Assembly: GCA_964016885.1 (NCBI GenBank) | Contig: OZ024745.1 | Coordinates: 73,222,001 to 73,286,000, forward strand | Source: Eledone cirrhosa | Taxonomy: Eukaryota | DNA: 64,000 nucleotides | Direction of reading: 5' to 3' | The notes under the pieces: generated by a model | The model's database searches: none | Told to the model about the DNA's origin: nothing | The model's input: the letters and a program-made list of their open reading frames with translations, nothing else | Shown here: positions 1 through 18,226 of the stretch, piece by piece | Layout of the letters: each line of letters starts with the position of its first letter | Numbering within the stretch: the stretch's first letter is position 1 | Position numbers and translations under genes: made by a program

Positions 1-89
1 CTCTCCTCCTGCTTGAGGTCTTACTCCAGCCACAAACCTCATCCGTCGCCTCTAGTAAGTTATTTATTATATATATAAAAGTTATTTAT

Positions 90-120
<31 letters not shown>

Positions 121-146
121 GTGTGTGTATATATATATATATATAT

Positions 147-737
147 CATCATCATCATCACCGTTTTACGTCCGTTCTTCCACGCTAGTATGGGTTAGAC
201 GGGTTGTCCTGTTGTGGGCAGTATCTGGTCGGCTGACCATGCCTTGCTCATACAGGAACTGATCTGGCTTGATTTCTACAGCTGGATGCCCTTCCTAACA
301 CGAACCTCATTTACAGTGAGTGCTGGGTACTTTTTCGTGGCGCCTACACGTCCACTTTACAGTGTGGGCTGGGTGCTTTTTTGCCGTGGGACCTCCACGA
401 CCACCTTGCGGTGGGGGGTGTGGGGGCATATTGTCTATATGCTTCAGCTTGTACCCATGGGAGGTCGGGTACTCTGTATTACTGCGTGACGCCAGAAGTC
501 ACGGTCGTGTGTCATTGTCTTTGAGTGGTGTAATTGAGGAAGGTCGGCTTTTATCACCTCATCCCAGGTCATCTTGGGTCTCCACACTCCGCGGTTTCCA
601 TCAACTTCTAGTGCTCTGCACCTTTTTATGCAGCTGTCATCCTTCATACGCATCACATGTCCATACCAGCGCAACCGCCTCTCCTGCACACAGCATTTGA
701 TTCCTCTTATGATCAGTCTCTCTCTCAATTCATTTAT
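147..737 (-). mobile_element. RTE-clade LINE family A, 5'-truncated 3' fragment
   Basis: (GAT)n tail at 147-161 on minus; ORF 444-728 has the RTE C-terminal motifs [12 protein letters not shown] and GVWRPKMTW; near-identical to 1317-2414. Confidence 0.9.
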
Positions 738-1316
738 ATGTGTATATATATATGTGTATATATATATATATGTGTATATATATATGTATGTATATATATA
801 TGTATATGTATATATATATGTATATGTATATGTATATATATATGTATATATATATGTATATATATATGTATATATATATGTATATATATATGTATATATA
901 TATGTATATATATATGTATATATATATGTATATATATATGTGTATATATATATGTATATATATATGTATATATATATGTATATATATATGTATATATATA
1001 TGTATATATATATGTATATATATATGTATATATATGTGTATATATATATGTGTGTATATATATTTGTGTATATATATGTGTGTATATATATGTGTGTATA
1101 TATATGTGTGTATATATATGTGTGTATATATATGTGTATATATATATGTGTATATATATATGTGTATATATATATGTGTATATATATGTGTATATATATG
1201 TGTATATATATATGTGTATATATATATGTGTATATATATATGTGTATATATATATGTGTATATATATATGTGTATATATATATGTGTATATATATATGTA
1301 TATATATATGTGTATA
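738..1316. repeat. Imperfect (TA)n/(TATG) microsatellite
   Basis: Alternating TA with periodic G on the + strand. Confidence 0.98.
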
Positions 1317-2414
1317 TCATCATCATCACCGTTTTACGTCCGTTCTTCCACGCTAGCATGGGTTAGACGGGTTGTCCTGTTGTGGGCAGTGTCTGGTCGG
1401 CTGACCATGCCTTGCTCATACAGGAACTGATCTGGCTTGATTTCTACAGCTGGATGCCCTTCCTAACACCAACCTCATTTACAGTGAGTGCTGGGTGCTT
1501 TTTCGTGGCGCCTACACGTCCACTTTACAGTGTGGGCTGGGTGCTTTTTTGCCGTGGCACCTCCACGACCACCTTGCGGTGGGGGGGGGGGGGGCATATT
1601 GTTTATATGCTTCAGCATGTACCCATGGGAGGTCGGGTACCCTGTATTACTGCGTGACGCCAGAAGTCACGGTCGTGTGTCATTGACTTTGAGAGGTGTA
1701 GTTGGGTAAGGTCGGCTTTTATCACCTCATCCCAAGTCATCTTGGATCTCCCCACTCCGCGGTTTCCATCAACTTCTAGTGCTCTGCACCTTTTTATGCA
1801 GCTGTCATCCTTCATACGCATCACATGTCCATACCAGCGTAACCGCCTCTCCTGCACGCAGCATTTGATTCCTCTTATGCTCAGTCTCTCTCTCAATTCA
1901 TTTATGCTTTGTCGTTCACGTATATTACTGTTACACATCCATCGGAGCATGCAGGCTTCGTTTCTCTCTAATCTACGTAAGTCTTCCACCTTCAGCGCCC
2001 AGGTCTCACTACCATGCAACATCGCTGTTCGGATACACGCATCATACAGTCTGCCTTTCATTCTGAGGGAGAAGCCTTTTGCAGCTAGCAGTGGTAGTAG
2101 TTCCCTAAACTTCTTCCATCCCGTTCTTACCCTAGTTATTGTACTTTCTGAGCACCCACCTCCGTTGCTAATTCGGTCACCTAGGTAGCAGAAGCTGTCT
2201 ACTGTTTCTACAGGGCCCTCCCAGAGATTGGTGGTACTTGTTTCCTGTGGCTGTTTGCTTGCTGTTTCAGCACAGCTGCTGCATGTGAATCCTACATTCT
2301 TAATTAAGCTTCCTGAGATCCCGCTACATCTCTTGTGTACCCATTGTTTGCATTTGGGGCAAAGAATGGAGTTCCTACCTACACCGGGCAAAGAATGGAG
2401 TTCCTACCTACACC
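1317..2414 (-). mobile_element. RTE-clade LINE family A, 5'-truncated (PHD-like finger plus ORF2 C-terminus)
   Basis: ORF 1612-2391 with [35 protein letters not shown]; (GAT)n tail; 29-bp tandem duplication at the 5' junction. Confidence 0.92.
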
Positions 2415-5430
<3,016 letters not shown>

Positions 5431-5561
5431 TGGAAAGTTATATTTAAAATTGTTGGGTTACAACTAGTAAATATTTATAACTGATATAAAAGCACTCGAC
5501 AAATATTTGGAGTATATTTACAATATTAAATAAATGGAAACTATATTTATAAAACCATATT

Positions 5562-5627
5562 TATTTCATTATATATATTTCAGGGATATCATATTAACAA
5601 TATGCTATGCCTTCCTCAGACAAAATA
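5562..5627 (-). ncRNA. Type I hammerhead ribozyme (mirror copy of 5801-5866)
   Basis: Reverse complement of 5801-5866. Confidence 0.65.
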
Positions 5628-5800
5628 CAATATAAACAGTTTTATAGATAAATAGATTCGACATACCGTAACAACATCGACTTGCATTTGAAGAGGTTGA
5701 TTTGGCAGGTTGATTTGGACTGCCAAATCAACCTCTTCAAATGCAAGTCGATGTTGTTACGGTATGTCGAATCTATTTATCTATAAAACTGTTTATATTG

Positions 5801-5866
5801 TATTTTGTCTGAGGAAGGCATAGCATATTGTTAATATGATATCCCTGAAATATATATAATGAAATA
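5801..5866 (+). ncRNA. Type I hammerhead ribozyme
   Basis: Stem I TATTTTGT/ATGAAATA, core CTGAGGA (5809-5815), long stem II AGG..CATATT-GTT-AATATG..CCT, GAAA (5847-5850), palindromic TATATA, then TA. Confidence 0.65.
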
Positions 5867-5909
5867 AATATGGTTTTATAAATATAGTTTCCATTTATTT
5901 AATATTGTA

Positions 5910-7080
<1,171 letters not shown>

Positions 7081-7488
7081 TGGGAGAGACGGCCCCTTAA
7101 CCTTTGTCAAGGTAGAATGCTAGGAGAAGGAAAACTCTGATATAACACCTGCAACCCTGATGGTATCCAATGATGTTGACTTGTTCTTCTTTTTGGTAAA
7201 TATCATCTTGGTTAAGAGAGTGGGACTGGCTTTGTGCAGTGCCTTTGCTAACTATAAAAGCTTCACGGCACAGGCATTGCTTTATATCTAGAGATCTCTC
7301 TGCACTTGTCGTCACATGGTACCATGGGCCTAGTACTATGTGTCAATAATTGTCACAAGTGTAGTGTTTGTACCAGAGTTTTCAAGTCGCTGGCTGGACT
7401 AAAGTCACATTCGTTCAGCGCATCGGTAGGAGTTCTCCTACATGGATATAATGTAGTGGCCATACTCGAAAGCGAGTTGGCAGCCACC
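7081..7488 (+). mobile_element. Non-autonomous RTE-derived element, copy 1 (5'-truncated)
   Basis: RTE-like 5'UTR motif AGGAGAAGGAAAACTCTGA; C2H2 remnant [17 protein letters not shown]; ends GGCAGCCACC like four other copies. Confidence 0.75.
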
Positions 7489-7489
7489 A

Positions 7490-7524
<35 letters not shown>

Positions 7525-7581
7525 GTATATGTATATATATGTATATATGTATATATATGTATATATATATATATATGTATG

Positions 7582-7612
<31 letters not shown>

Positions 7613-7827
7613 GTATATGTATATATATGTATATGTATATATATGTATATGTATATATATATGTATATATATGTATACGTATATGTATATATATATATGT
7701 ATATGTATATAAATGTATATATATGTATATGTATATATATGTATATGTATGTATATATATGTATATGTATGTATATGTGTATATGTATATATATGTATAT
7801 GTATATGTATATATATATATATATACA

Positions 7828-8355
7828 TATAGGCAGACCTAGGAAAACCTGGGACGAGCTGATAAACTCCGACATCACACACTTACACCTCTCCAAGACA
7901 ATGTCACTGGACCGAGACCTTTGGCGGTACTCAGTAACAGAGAAGACCCGCCTTACCTAAATATATAGTAAAACCTACTCCAGCCAGTAGGCATCTCTAA
8001 CAAAATACACCCCGTCCCACCACCCCCGCCCCCACCCCATCCACACCACACCGTTCTATGTAAAGTTATGTTGGTGCCGCGCCATCGAGGCCGAAACAAA
8101 TGAGATCGTGTAGGTGTCACGACAAAAAAACACACAGTCCACGCTGTAATGTGGCCGTGTAGGCAACACGGTAAAAACCTCCCAGACCCACACTGTAAAT
8201 GTGGTTGGTGTTAGGAAGGGCATCCAACTGTAGAAAACCTGCCAGACAGTCCTATGCGAGCAAGACAATCACTCTTGCCTCAAGTGGAACTACCCCCGTC
8301 CAAACCATGCAAGCGTGGAACACGGACGTTAAACGTTGATGATGATGATGATGAT
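7828..8355 (+). mobile_element. RTE-clade LINE family C, 3' fragment
   Basis: [18 protein letters not shown]-terminus, 3'UTR, GGACGTTAAACG(T)(GAT)n tail. Confidence 0.9.
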
Positions 8356-8656
8356 ATGTATGTATATGTATATATATGTATATATATGTATATATATATA
8401 TATGTATATGTATGTATATGTATGTATATGTATATATATATATATGTATATATATGTATATATGTATATGTATATATATATGTATGTATGTATATATGTA
8501 TATATATATATATGTATATATGTATATATATATATATGTACATATATATATATGTATATATGTATATATATATATGTATATATGTATATATATATATATA
8601 TATGTATATGTATATATATATATATGTATATATATATATGTGTATATATATATGTG

Positions 8657-8723
<67 letters not shown>

Positions 8724-9236
8724 GTATATATATATGTATATATATATGTGTATATATGTATGTGTATATATATATATGTATATATATATGTGTATATATA
8801 TATATATATGTATATATATATGTGTATATATATATATGTATATTATATATATATGTGTATATATATATATGTGTATATATATATATGTATATATATATGT
8901 GTATATATATATGTGTATATGTATATATATAGTATATGTTATATATGTATATGTATATATGTATATATGTATGTATATATATATATGTATGTATATATAT
9001 ATATGTGTATATATATATGTATATATATATATGTGTATATATATATGTGTATATATATATATGTGTATATATATATGTGTATATATATATGTATATATAT
9101 ATATGTGTATATATATATGTATATATATATATGTGTATATATATATGTGTATATATATATGTGTATATATATATGTATATATATATATGTGTATATATAT
9201 ATGTGTATATATATATGTGTATATATATATGTGTAT
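8356..9236. repeat. Imperfect (TA)n microsatellite
   Basis: Direct reading. Confidence 0.98.
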
Positions 9237-9571
9237 ATCATCATTTCATTTTACGTCCACCTTTCCCTGCTTGCAAGGGTGGGACGGGAACTGATTCTGG
9301 CTTGATTTCTACAGCTGGATGCCCTTCCTACCACCAACCTCATTTACAGTGAGTGCTGGGTGCCTTTTTGCTGTGGCACCTCTACGACCACTTTGCAGTG
9401 GAATGATATGGACCCCAGTCCCTATCATCTCATTTCTACAGCTGAGTAAACTGGAGCAATGTGAAATAAAGTGCCTTGCTCAAGGAAACAACACATCACC
9501 CAGTCTGAGAATTGAACTCACAACCTTTCGATTGCAAGGCCAATGCTCTAACCACTAAGCCATGTGCCTCC
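9237..9571 (-). mobile_element. tRNA-derived SINE with RTE-derived 3' tail
   Basis: Minus strand head GGAGGCACATGGCTTAGTGG (A box) and GAGTTCAATTC (B box); central CCTTGAGCAAGGCAC; 3' half matches the RTE 3'UTR (AGGAAGGGCATCCAGCTGTAGAAA..GGACGTAAAATGA). Confidence 0.85.
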
Positions 9572-9578
9572 ATATGTG

Positions 9579-9633
<55 letters not shown>

Positions 9634-9838
9634 GTATATATGTGTATATGTATATATGTGTATATGTATATATGTGTATATATATATATGTGTATGTGTA
9701 TATGTATATATGTGTATATGTATATATGTGTATATATATATATGTGTATATGTATATATGTGTATATATATATATGTGTATATATATATGTGTATATATA
9801 TATATGTGTATATATATATGTGTGTATATATATATGTG

Positions 9839-9869
<31 letters not shown>

Positions 9870-9964
9870 GTGTATATATATATATATGTATATATGTGTA
9901 TATATATATATATGTATATATATGTATATATGTGTATATATATATATATGTATATATATGTATA

Positions 9965-10011
<47 letters not shown>

Positions 10012-10152
10012 GTATATATGTATATATATATATGTGTATGTATATATATGTATGTGTATATATATATGTGTATATATATATGTGTATATATATATATGTG
10101 TGTATATATATATATATGTGTATATATATATGTGTATATATATATATGTGTG

Positions 10153-10249
<97 letters not shown>

Positions 10250-10360
10250 GTATATATATATGTATATATATGTATATATGTATATATATATATGTGTATA
10301 TATATATATATGTATATATGTATATATATATGTGTATATGTATATATGTATATATGTATG

Positions 10361-10395
<35 letters not shown>

Positions 10396-10470
10396 GTGTA
10401 TATATATATGTGTGTATATATATATATATGTGTATATATATATATGTGTATATATATATATGTATATATG

Positions 10471-10501
<31 letters not shown>

Positions 10502-10689
10502 GTATATATATGTGTATATATATATGTATATATATATATGTATATATATATATGTATATATATATGTATATATATATATGTATATATATATATGTATATA
10601 TATATACGTATATATATATATGTATATATATATGTATATATATATATGTATATATATATACGTATATATATATATGTATATATATATAC

Positions 10690-10739
<50 letters not shown>

Positions 10740-10920
10740 ATATATATATGTATATATATATATGTATATATATATATATGTATATATATATATGTATATA
10801 TATATATGTATATATATATATGTATATATATATATGTATATATATATATGTATATATATATACGTATATATATATATGTATATATATATACGTATATATA
10901 TATATGTATATATATATACG

Positions 10921-10953
<33 letters not shown>

Positions 10954-10978
10954 CTATATATATGTATATATATATACG

Positions 10979-11010
<32 letters not shown>

Positions 11011-11656
11011 TGTGTATATGTATATATGTATATGTATATATATATATGTATATGTATATATATATATGTATATATGTATATATATATATCTATGTATATA
11101 TGTATATATATATATCTATATATATATGTATATATATATATGTGTATATATATATGTGTATATATATATATATGTATATGTATATATATATATGTATATA
11201 TATATATGTATATATATATGTGTATATATATATATGTGTATATATATATATGTGTATATATATATATGTGTATATATATGTATATATATATATGTGTATA
11301 TGTATATATATATATGCATATGTGTATATGTATATGCATATGTGTATATGTATATATATATATGTATATATGTATATATATATATGTATATATGTATATA
11401 TATATATGTATATATATATATGTATATATATATATGTATATATATATATGTATATATATATATGTATATATATATATGTATATATATATATGTATATATA
11501 TATATGTATATATATATATGTATATATATATATGTATATATATATATGTATATATATATATGTATATATATATATGTATATATATATATGTATATATATA
11601 TATGTATATATATATATGTATATATATATATGTATATATATATATGTATATATATG

Positions 11657-11707
<51 letters not shown>

Positions 11708-11718
11708 GTATATATATG

Positions 11719-11811
<93 letters not shown>

Positions 11812-12699
11812 GTATATATATATGTATATATATATATGTATATATATATGTATATATATATGTATATATATATATGTATATATATATGTATATATATATA
11901 TGTGTATATGTATATATATATACGTATATATGTATATGTATATATATATATTATTATATATATATGTATATATATGTATGTGTATGTATATATATATGTG
12001 TATATATATATATGTATATATATATATGTGTATATATATATGTGTATATATATTATATGTGTATATATATATATATGTATATATATATGTGTATATATAT
12101 ATATGTATATATATATATGTGTATATATATATATGTGTATATATATATATGTGTATATATATATATATGTATATATATATGTGTATATATATATATATGT
12201 ATATATATATATGTGTATATATATGTGTATATATATATATATGTATATATATATGTGTATATATATATATATGTATATATATATATGTATATATATATAT
12301 ATGTATATATATATGTATATATATATATGTATATATATATGTGTATATATATATATGTATATATATATGTGTATATATATATATATATGTATATATATAT
12401 GTGTATATATATATATATGTATATATATATGTGTATATATATATATATGTATATATATATGTGTATATATATATATATGTGTATATATATATATGTGTAT
12501 ATATATGTGTATATATATATATATATGTGTATATATATATGTGTGTATATATATGTGTATATATATATATATGTGTATATATATATGTGTATATATATAT
12601 ATGTGTATATATATGTGTATATATATATATATGTGTATATATATATATGTGTATATATATATATGTGTATATATATATATGTGTATATATATATATGTG

Positions 12700-12729
<30 letters not shown>
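9572..12729. repeat. 3.2-kb imperfect (TA)n microsatellite
   Basis: Direct reading; homogeneous 12-mer block near 11400-11640. Confidence 0.98.
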
Positions 12730-12730
<1 letters not shown>

Positions 12731-13853
12731 CATCATCATCATCATCATCATTTTACGTCCGCTTTTCCCTGCTTGCAAGGGTGGTCCGGATCTTATTCAG
12801 CACAGCATCTCTCCACTCGTCACGGTCCCTCGTCATCTCCACCGTGAGCTTCAATGATCTGAGGTCTGTTCTCACCACCTCCGCCCATGTTTTTCGTGGT
12901 CTACCTCTACCACGTCTTCCTTCAACTGGCATTTCCTGGCACTTCTTCACCCATCGGTCATCCTCCATGCGCATCACATGTCCATACCACCTCAGTCTCC
13001 TCTCCTGTACACTACATTCTATCCCTCTCAGACACAGTTTCTCTCTCAACACATTTATGCTGGGTCGTTCACGCACATTTACACTGCACATCCAACGGAG
13101 CATGCTTGCCTCATTTCTCTCCAGCCATCGCATATCCTCTGCGGTTGCTGCCCATGTCTCACTACCATGCAGCATCGCGCTCCTCACACAGGCATCATAC
13201 AACCGGCCTTACGTACGCAGGGAGAAACCCTTCTTCGTCAACAGAGGAAGCAGCTCCATAAACTTCTTCCAACCCGTCCTTATTCTAGATACTATGGCCT
13301 CGGAACACCCTCCTCCCGTGCTAATCTGATCTCCTAGGTACCGGAAGCTATCCACCACTTCTATAGCGCCCTCTCACATTTGAAAAATGTGTCTATCAGT
13401 GCGACTTCTACTGTCTAATTTCCCTGTACATCTACTGCATACATATTTCTCCCTACCTGTTAGTTTGCCTGCTATCCCGCTACATCTCTTGTGTACCCAG
13501 GACCTGCATTGTGTGCATTTTATAGAATTTATGCCAGTTCCTTTTCTGCATATCGAACATGGCCATTTCCCTGACGGAATCAGGGTTTTGTCCTCTTTTC
13601 TACTCATCAACACTTTTCTCTTAGCTAGATTTACTCTCAGTCCTCTTGCTTCCAACTGCTGTTTCCATAGCCAGAATTTATTCTCTAGCTCCTCTACTGA
13701 TTCTGCTATAAGAGCCAGATCGTCAGCATAGAGAAGTTCCCATGGACAGCCAGTCTTAAACTCCTCTGTTATGGCTTGGAGGATTATAATGAACAAGAGC
13801 GGGCTGAGGAACGAACCCTGATGTACTCCTACTTGTATCTGGAATTCCTCACT
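12730..13853 (-). mobile_element. RTE-clade LINE family B, 5'-truncated (RT core end, PHD-like finger, C-terminus)
   Basis: HQGSxLSPLLF, [40 protein letters not shown]; ORF runs almost to the (GAT)n tail; frameshifted. Confidence 0.92.
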
Positions 13854-13876
13854 ATATGTATGTATATATATATATG

Positions 13877-13925
<49 letters not shown>

Positions 13926-14341
13926 ATATATATATGTATATATATATATGTATATATATATATGTATATATATGTATATATATATGTATATATGTATATG
14001 TATATATATATATGTATATGTATATATATATATGTATATATATGTATATATATATATATGTATATATATATGTATATATATATGTATATATATATATGTA
14101 TATATATGTATATATGTATATATATATATATATGTATGTATATATATGTATATATATATATATGTATATATGTATATGTATATATATATATGTATATGTA
14201 TATATATGTGTATATGTATATATATGTATATATATATATGTATATATGTATATGGATATATGTATATATATATATGTATATATGTATATGTATATATGTA
14301 TATATATATATGTATATATATATATATGTATATGTATATAT

Positions 14342-14389
<48 letters not shown>

Positions 14390-14476
14390 ATATATATATG
14401 TATATATATATATGTATATATATATATGTATATGTATATATATATATATGTATATATATGTATGTATATATATATG

Positions 14477-14507
<31 letters not shown>

Positions 14508-14576
14508 GTATATATGTATATATGTATATATATATATGTATATATATGTATATATATATGTATATATATATATATG

Positions 14577-14651
<75 letters not shown>

Positions 14652-15143
14652 GTATATATATATGTATATATATATATGTATGTATATGTATATATGTATA
14701 TGTATATATATATATGTATATATATATATGTATGTATATATATATATGTATATGTATATATATATATGTATATATATATATGTATGTATATATATATATG
14801 TATATATATATATGTGTATATGTATATATATATATGTATATATATATATGTATATATGTATATATATATATGTATATGTATATATGTATATGTATATGTA
14901 TATATGTATATGTATATATATATATGTATATATATGTATATATATATATATGTATATGTATATGTATATGTATATATATCTATGTATATATATATATATG
15001 TATATGTATATATATATATGTATATGTATATGTATATATATCTATGTATATATATATATATGTATATGTATATATATGTATATGTATATGTATATATATC
15101 TATGTATATATATATATATGTATATGTATATATATATATGTGT

Positions 15144-15189
<46 letters not shown>

Positions 15190-15210
15190 GTATATATATA
15201 TATGTATATG

Positions 15211-15242
<32 letters not shown>

Positions 15243-15272
15243 TGTATATATATGTATGTATATATATATATG
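13854..15272. repeat. Imperfect (TA)n microsatellite
   Basis: Direct reading. Confidence 0.98.
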
Positions 15273-15668
15273 TTGGATTAAATGCTCTGAAATAGCGATA
15301 TATATGTGAAGATAGACATAGAATATTCGAAAATATTCTGTATGTTTATAATAAACATTTTGAAGACCTAATCGCTATAGAATAGAATCCAATTTCTAAT
15401 TTCTGCCGGACCGGCAACCGCTCTTTCAAACCAGTTCCTGTACACAGCTAAGTATTCTATAAGTCTCTAGCTGTGTCATTCTCGATAAGAGCACTGGATA
15501 TGTAATCCTGAAGATTTCTAATAAGAATGAAACGCGTAGGTTACTTCCCTTGCTTTTATCGAGAATCTAATTGTAATACGTGACGTATTCTATTCTATAG
15601 CGATTAGGTCTTCAAAATGTTTATTATAAACATACAGAATATTTTCGAATATTCTATGTCTATCTTCA
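15273..15668. mobile_element. ORF-less Penelope-like cassette with inverted arms and a central hammerhead
   Basis: 82-bp inverted arms 15307-15388 and 15587-15668, short tail 15273-15306, (TA)n flanks. Confidence 0.75.
15478..15566 (+). ncRNA. Minimal type I hammerhead ribozyme with extended stem I
   Basis: GTAATC-CTGAAGA-T TTCT aata AGAA T-GAAA-CGCG-TA-GGTTAC; outer 16-bp helix ATTCTCGATAAGAGCA/TGCTTTTATCGAGAAT. Confidence 0.85.
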
Positions 15669-15766
15669 TATATATATGTATATATATATATGTATATATA
15701 TATATGTATGTATATATATGTATATGTATATATATATATGTATATATATATATGTATATATATATA

Positions 15767-16693
15767 TCATCATCATCATCATCATCAACGTTTAACGTCC
15801 GTGTTCCACCGCTTGCATGGGTTTGGACGGGGGTAGTCCCACTTGAGGCAAGAGTGATTGTCTTGCTCGCATAGGACTGTCTGGCAGGTTTTCTACAGTT
15901 GGATGCCCTTCCTAACACCAACCACATTTACAGTGTGGGTCTGGAGGTTTTTACCGTGTTGCCTACACGGCCACATTACAGCGTGGACTGTGTGTTTTTT
16001 TGTCGTGACACCTACACGATCTCATTTGTTTCGGCCTCGATGGCGCGGCACCACATAACTTTACATAGAACGGGGGTGGTGTGGATCGGGTGGGGGTGGT
16101 GGGACGGGGTGTATTTGTTAGAGATGCCTACTGGCTGGAGTATGTTTTACTATATATTTAGGTAAGGCGGGTCTTCTCTGTTACTGAGTACCGCCAAAGG
16201 TCTCGGTCCAGTGACATTGTCTTGGAGAGGTGTAAGTGTGTGATGTCGGAGTTTATCAGCTCGTCCCAGGTTTTTCTAGGTCTGCCTATTCCGTGACTAC
16301 CGTCTATCTTTATTGCCCTGCACTTTGTTATACAGCTATCGACTTTCATGCGCATCACGTGTCCATACCAACGTAGCCTTCTCTCGAGTAAACAACATCT
16401 GATCCCTCTTATCTCTAATTTATTCCTTAGTTCGTTTATGCTTTGCCGTTCACGTATATTACTGTTACACATCCAGCGGAGCATGCAAGCTTCGTTCCTC
16501 TCTAGTCTGCGTATATCCTCTGCACACAATGCCCAGGTCTCACTGCCATGCAGCATTGCTGTTCGTATGCAGGCATCGTACAACCTGCCTTTCATTTTTA
16601 GTGAGAACCCTTTAGCAGCTAATAGTGGTATAAGCTCTCTGAACTTTTTCCAACCAGTTCTGACTCTAGCTACAGTACTTTCAGAGCACCCTC
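15767..16693 (-). mobile_element. RTE-clade LINE family C, 5'-truncated
   Basis: ORF 16158-16595 ([24 protein letters not shown]); (GAT)n tail. Confidence 0.92.
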
Positions 16694-16943
16694 TGTATAT
16701 ATATATATGTATATGTATATATATATATTTCGTTTCTGAATTTGTTTAGCAAGATTCTTTATCTGAAATCGTGTGTTGAAACCGATATTGTTATACTTTG
16801 GGAGGGTCATGTTGCCAATAAGAAACACACGCACCAGTTGCTTTCACTTCAATTTAATTTATTATATATTTATAAATTTACAAATTTATAAATTTCTGGT
16901 TGTTTGGTTGGTTCCACAACCAGATAGTTGTTTATATATATAT

Positions 16944-16988
16944 AGTCATAGTTCTTTCGTCACACACTCTGTGACCTCTTCAGTGACT
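16944..16988 (-). ncRNA. Hammerhead-like motif in the PLE 3' region (slightly degenerate)
   Basis: AGTCA-CTGAAGA-G GTCAC agagtgt GTGAC-GAAA-GAAC-TA-TGACT. Confidence 0.65.
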
Positions 16989-17293
16989 GGGGATTTCTTT
17001 CTTTGTTTCTCTGCCTTTCCTTTCTTCTATCCTACGCCATTTTGTTTGTGTGTGGGTTGCGTGCTCAGTTTGCGTATGCGCCACATCCGGGTGTCTGTGT
17101 GTGTTTGTGTTCATTTTTCTATTTTTCTATTTATATTTTTCTATTTGTTTGTTTATTTATTTATTGTTGGTTGGTTGTTTGTTTGTTCTATGTGTGTGTG
17201 TGTTTTCATTTTGTCTTGTGTGTGTTTTCATTTTGTGTGTGTTTTCAATTGTAAGTTGTTTGTTCTATGTGTGTGTGTGTTTTCATTTTGTCC

Positions 17294-18226
17294 TTAATTG
17301 TAAGTTGTGATGTTGCTGTTCCACTCATATTTTCTATTTAATTTTGGTTTTAATTCTTTTATGCTTACTGCCTCTGTAATTTGCCTAAACATTGCGTCTT
17401 TCTTGTGTGTGGATTCTATTTTTATTTCTATGCTCTTTAATTTACCCCTGTGTTCTATCTTAGCATGTTGGTAGAGCACAGATGATTCTTTATTATCTTG
17501 GAGGTCTCGCCAGTGTTCATTTATTCGTTCCCCTATACTACGAGCTGTCTCACCTATGTACACTATATTTTTGTTTCTACATTGTCCTTCAGTACATCTT
17601 ATGCTATATACTACATTTCTAGTTTTACAGTTAATATGGGGGCTTATTTTACAGGTTATACATTTCTTATCTATACATGAGGGTCTTTGGAACGGGTATG
17701 TCTTGCTAATAAGTGTTTTTACGGAGGTACCAGGTCTTTCTACTATCTTAATATTGAGATTATGTTTCTTTAGGGCCCTTCTAAATTTGTAGGCTAGTTC
17801 GCCTCTAGGGGTTGTATTGATGAACATTACACTCTGGTATTTATTGCTATCATACCATGAGTTTATTCTATTGGCCTTGTTCTTAGTTCTTTCTATTCTA
17901 TTCCAAAATTTGCTCCTATACAAGGGGCAGGTCCCATTTATGTCATTATTTACCATTTTTTCCCATTTGGTTCTGGCTCCTTTATACACTCTGATTCTAT
18001 CTCTCTGATTGTAGCCAGAGAACTGCATACGGTGGATGAAGTGTTGTATGTGTCTCTCTAGTTCTTCGGGGTTGCACATGCGGGACACATTTCTCATCAC
18101 CCGTACCAAATCCGCAATCAGTATGTTGATTTCGGTATGGTCCGAAATGGCCGAGTTTCGGTGGATCAGATGTTTGGAAGTCATGGGTTTGGCATAATGG
18201 GAATGGAGGATTTGTTTTACAAAAAC
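17294..18226 (-). pseudogene. PLE C-terminal region with GIY-YIG endonuclease
   Basis: CIDKKCITC..NCKTRNVVYSIRC..VYIGETARSIGERINEH..S.LYQH..H..RQITEAVSI..LNRKYEW; the predicted N-terminal residues come from an adjacent RTE. Confidence 0.88.

Larger units (their letters stand above)
5431..5909. mobile_element. ORF-less palindromic Penelope-like (pLTR) cassette with hammerheads
   Basis: 190-bp inverted arms 5519-5708 and 5720-5909, unpaired tail 5431-5518, hammerhead motif in each arm, flanked by (TA)n. Confidence 0.75.
16729..18226 (-). mobile_element. Penelope-like element (Neptune-like), 5'-truncated
   Basis: Thumb, Cys-rich linker and GIY-YIG ORF followed by a 3' region with a hammerhead-like motif; clade assignment is inference from the linker. 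Confidence 0.85.

Noticed and set aside
1-100. Duplicated AAGTTATTTATTATATATATA and a short unique stretch
   Set aside because: Cut by the window edge; probably another element end but unassignable
9500-9571. tRNA gene
   Set aside because: Poor acceptor stem and continuity with a SINE body and RTE tail
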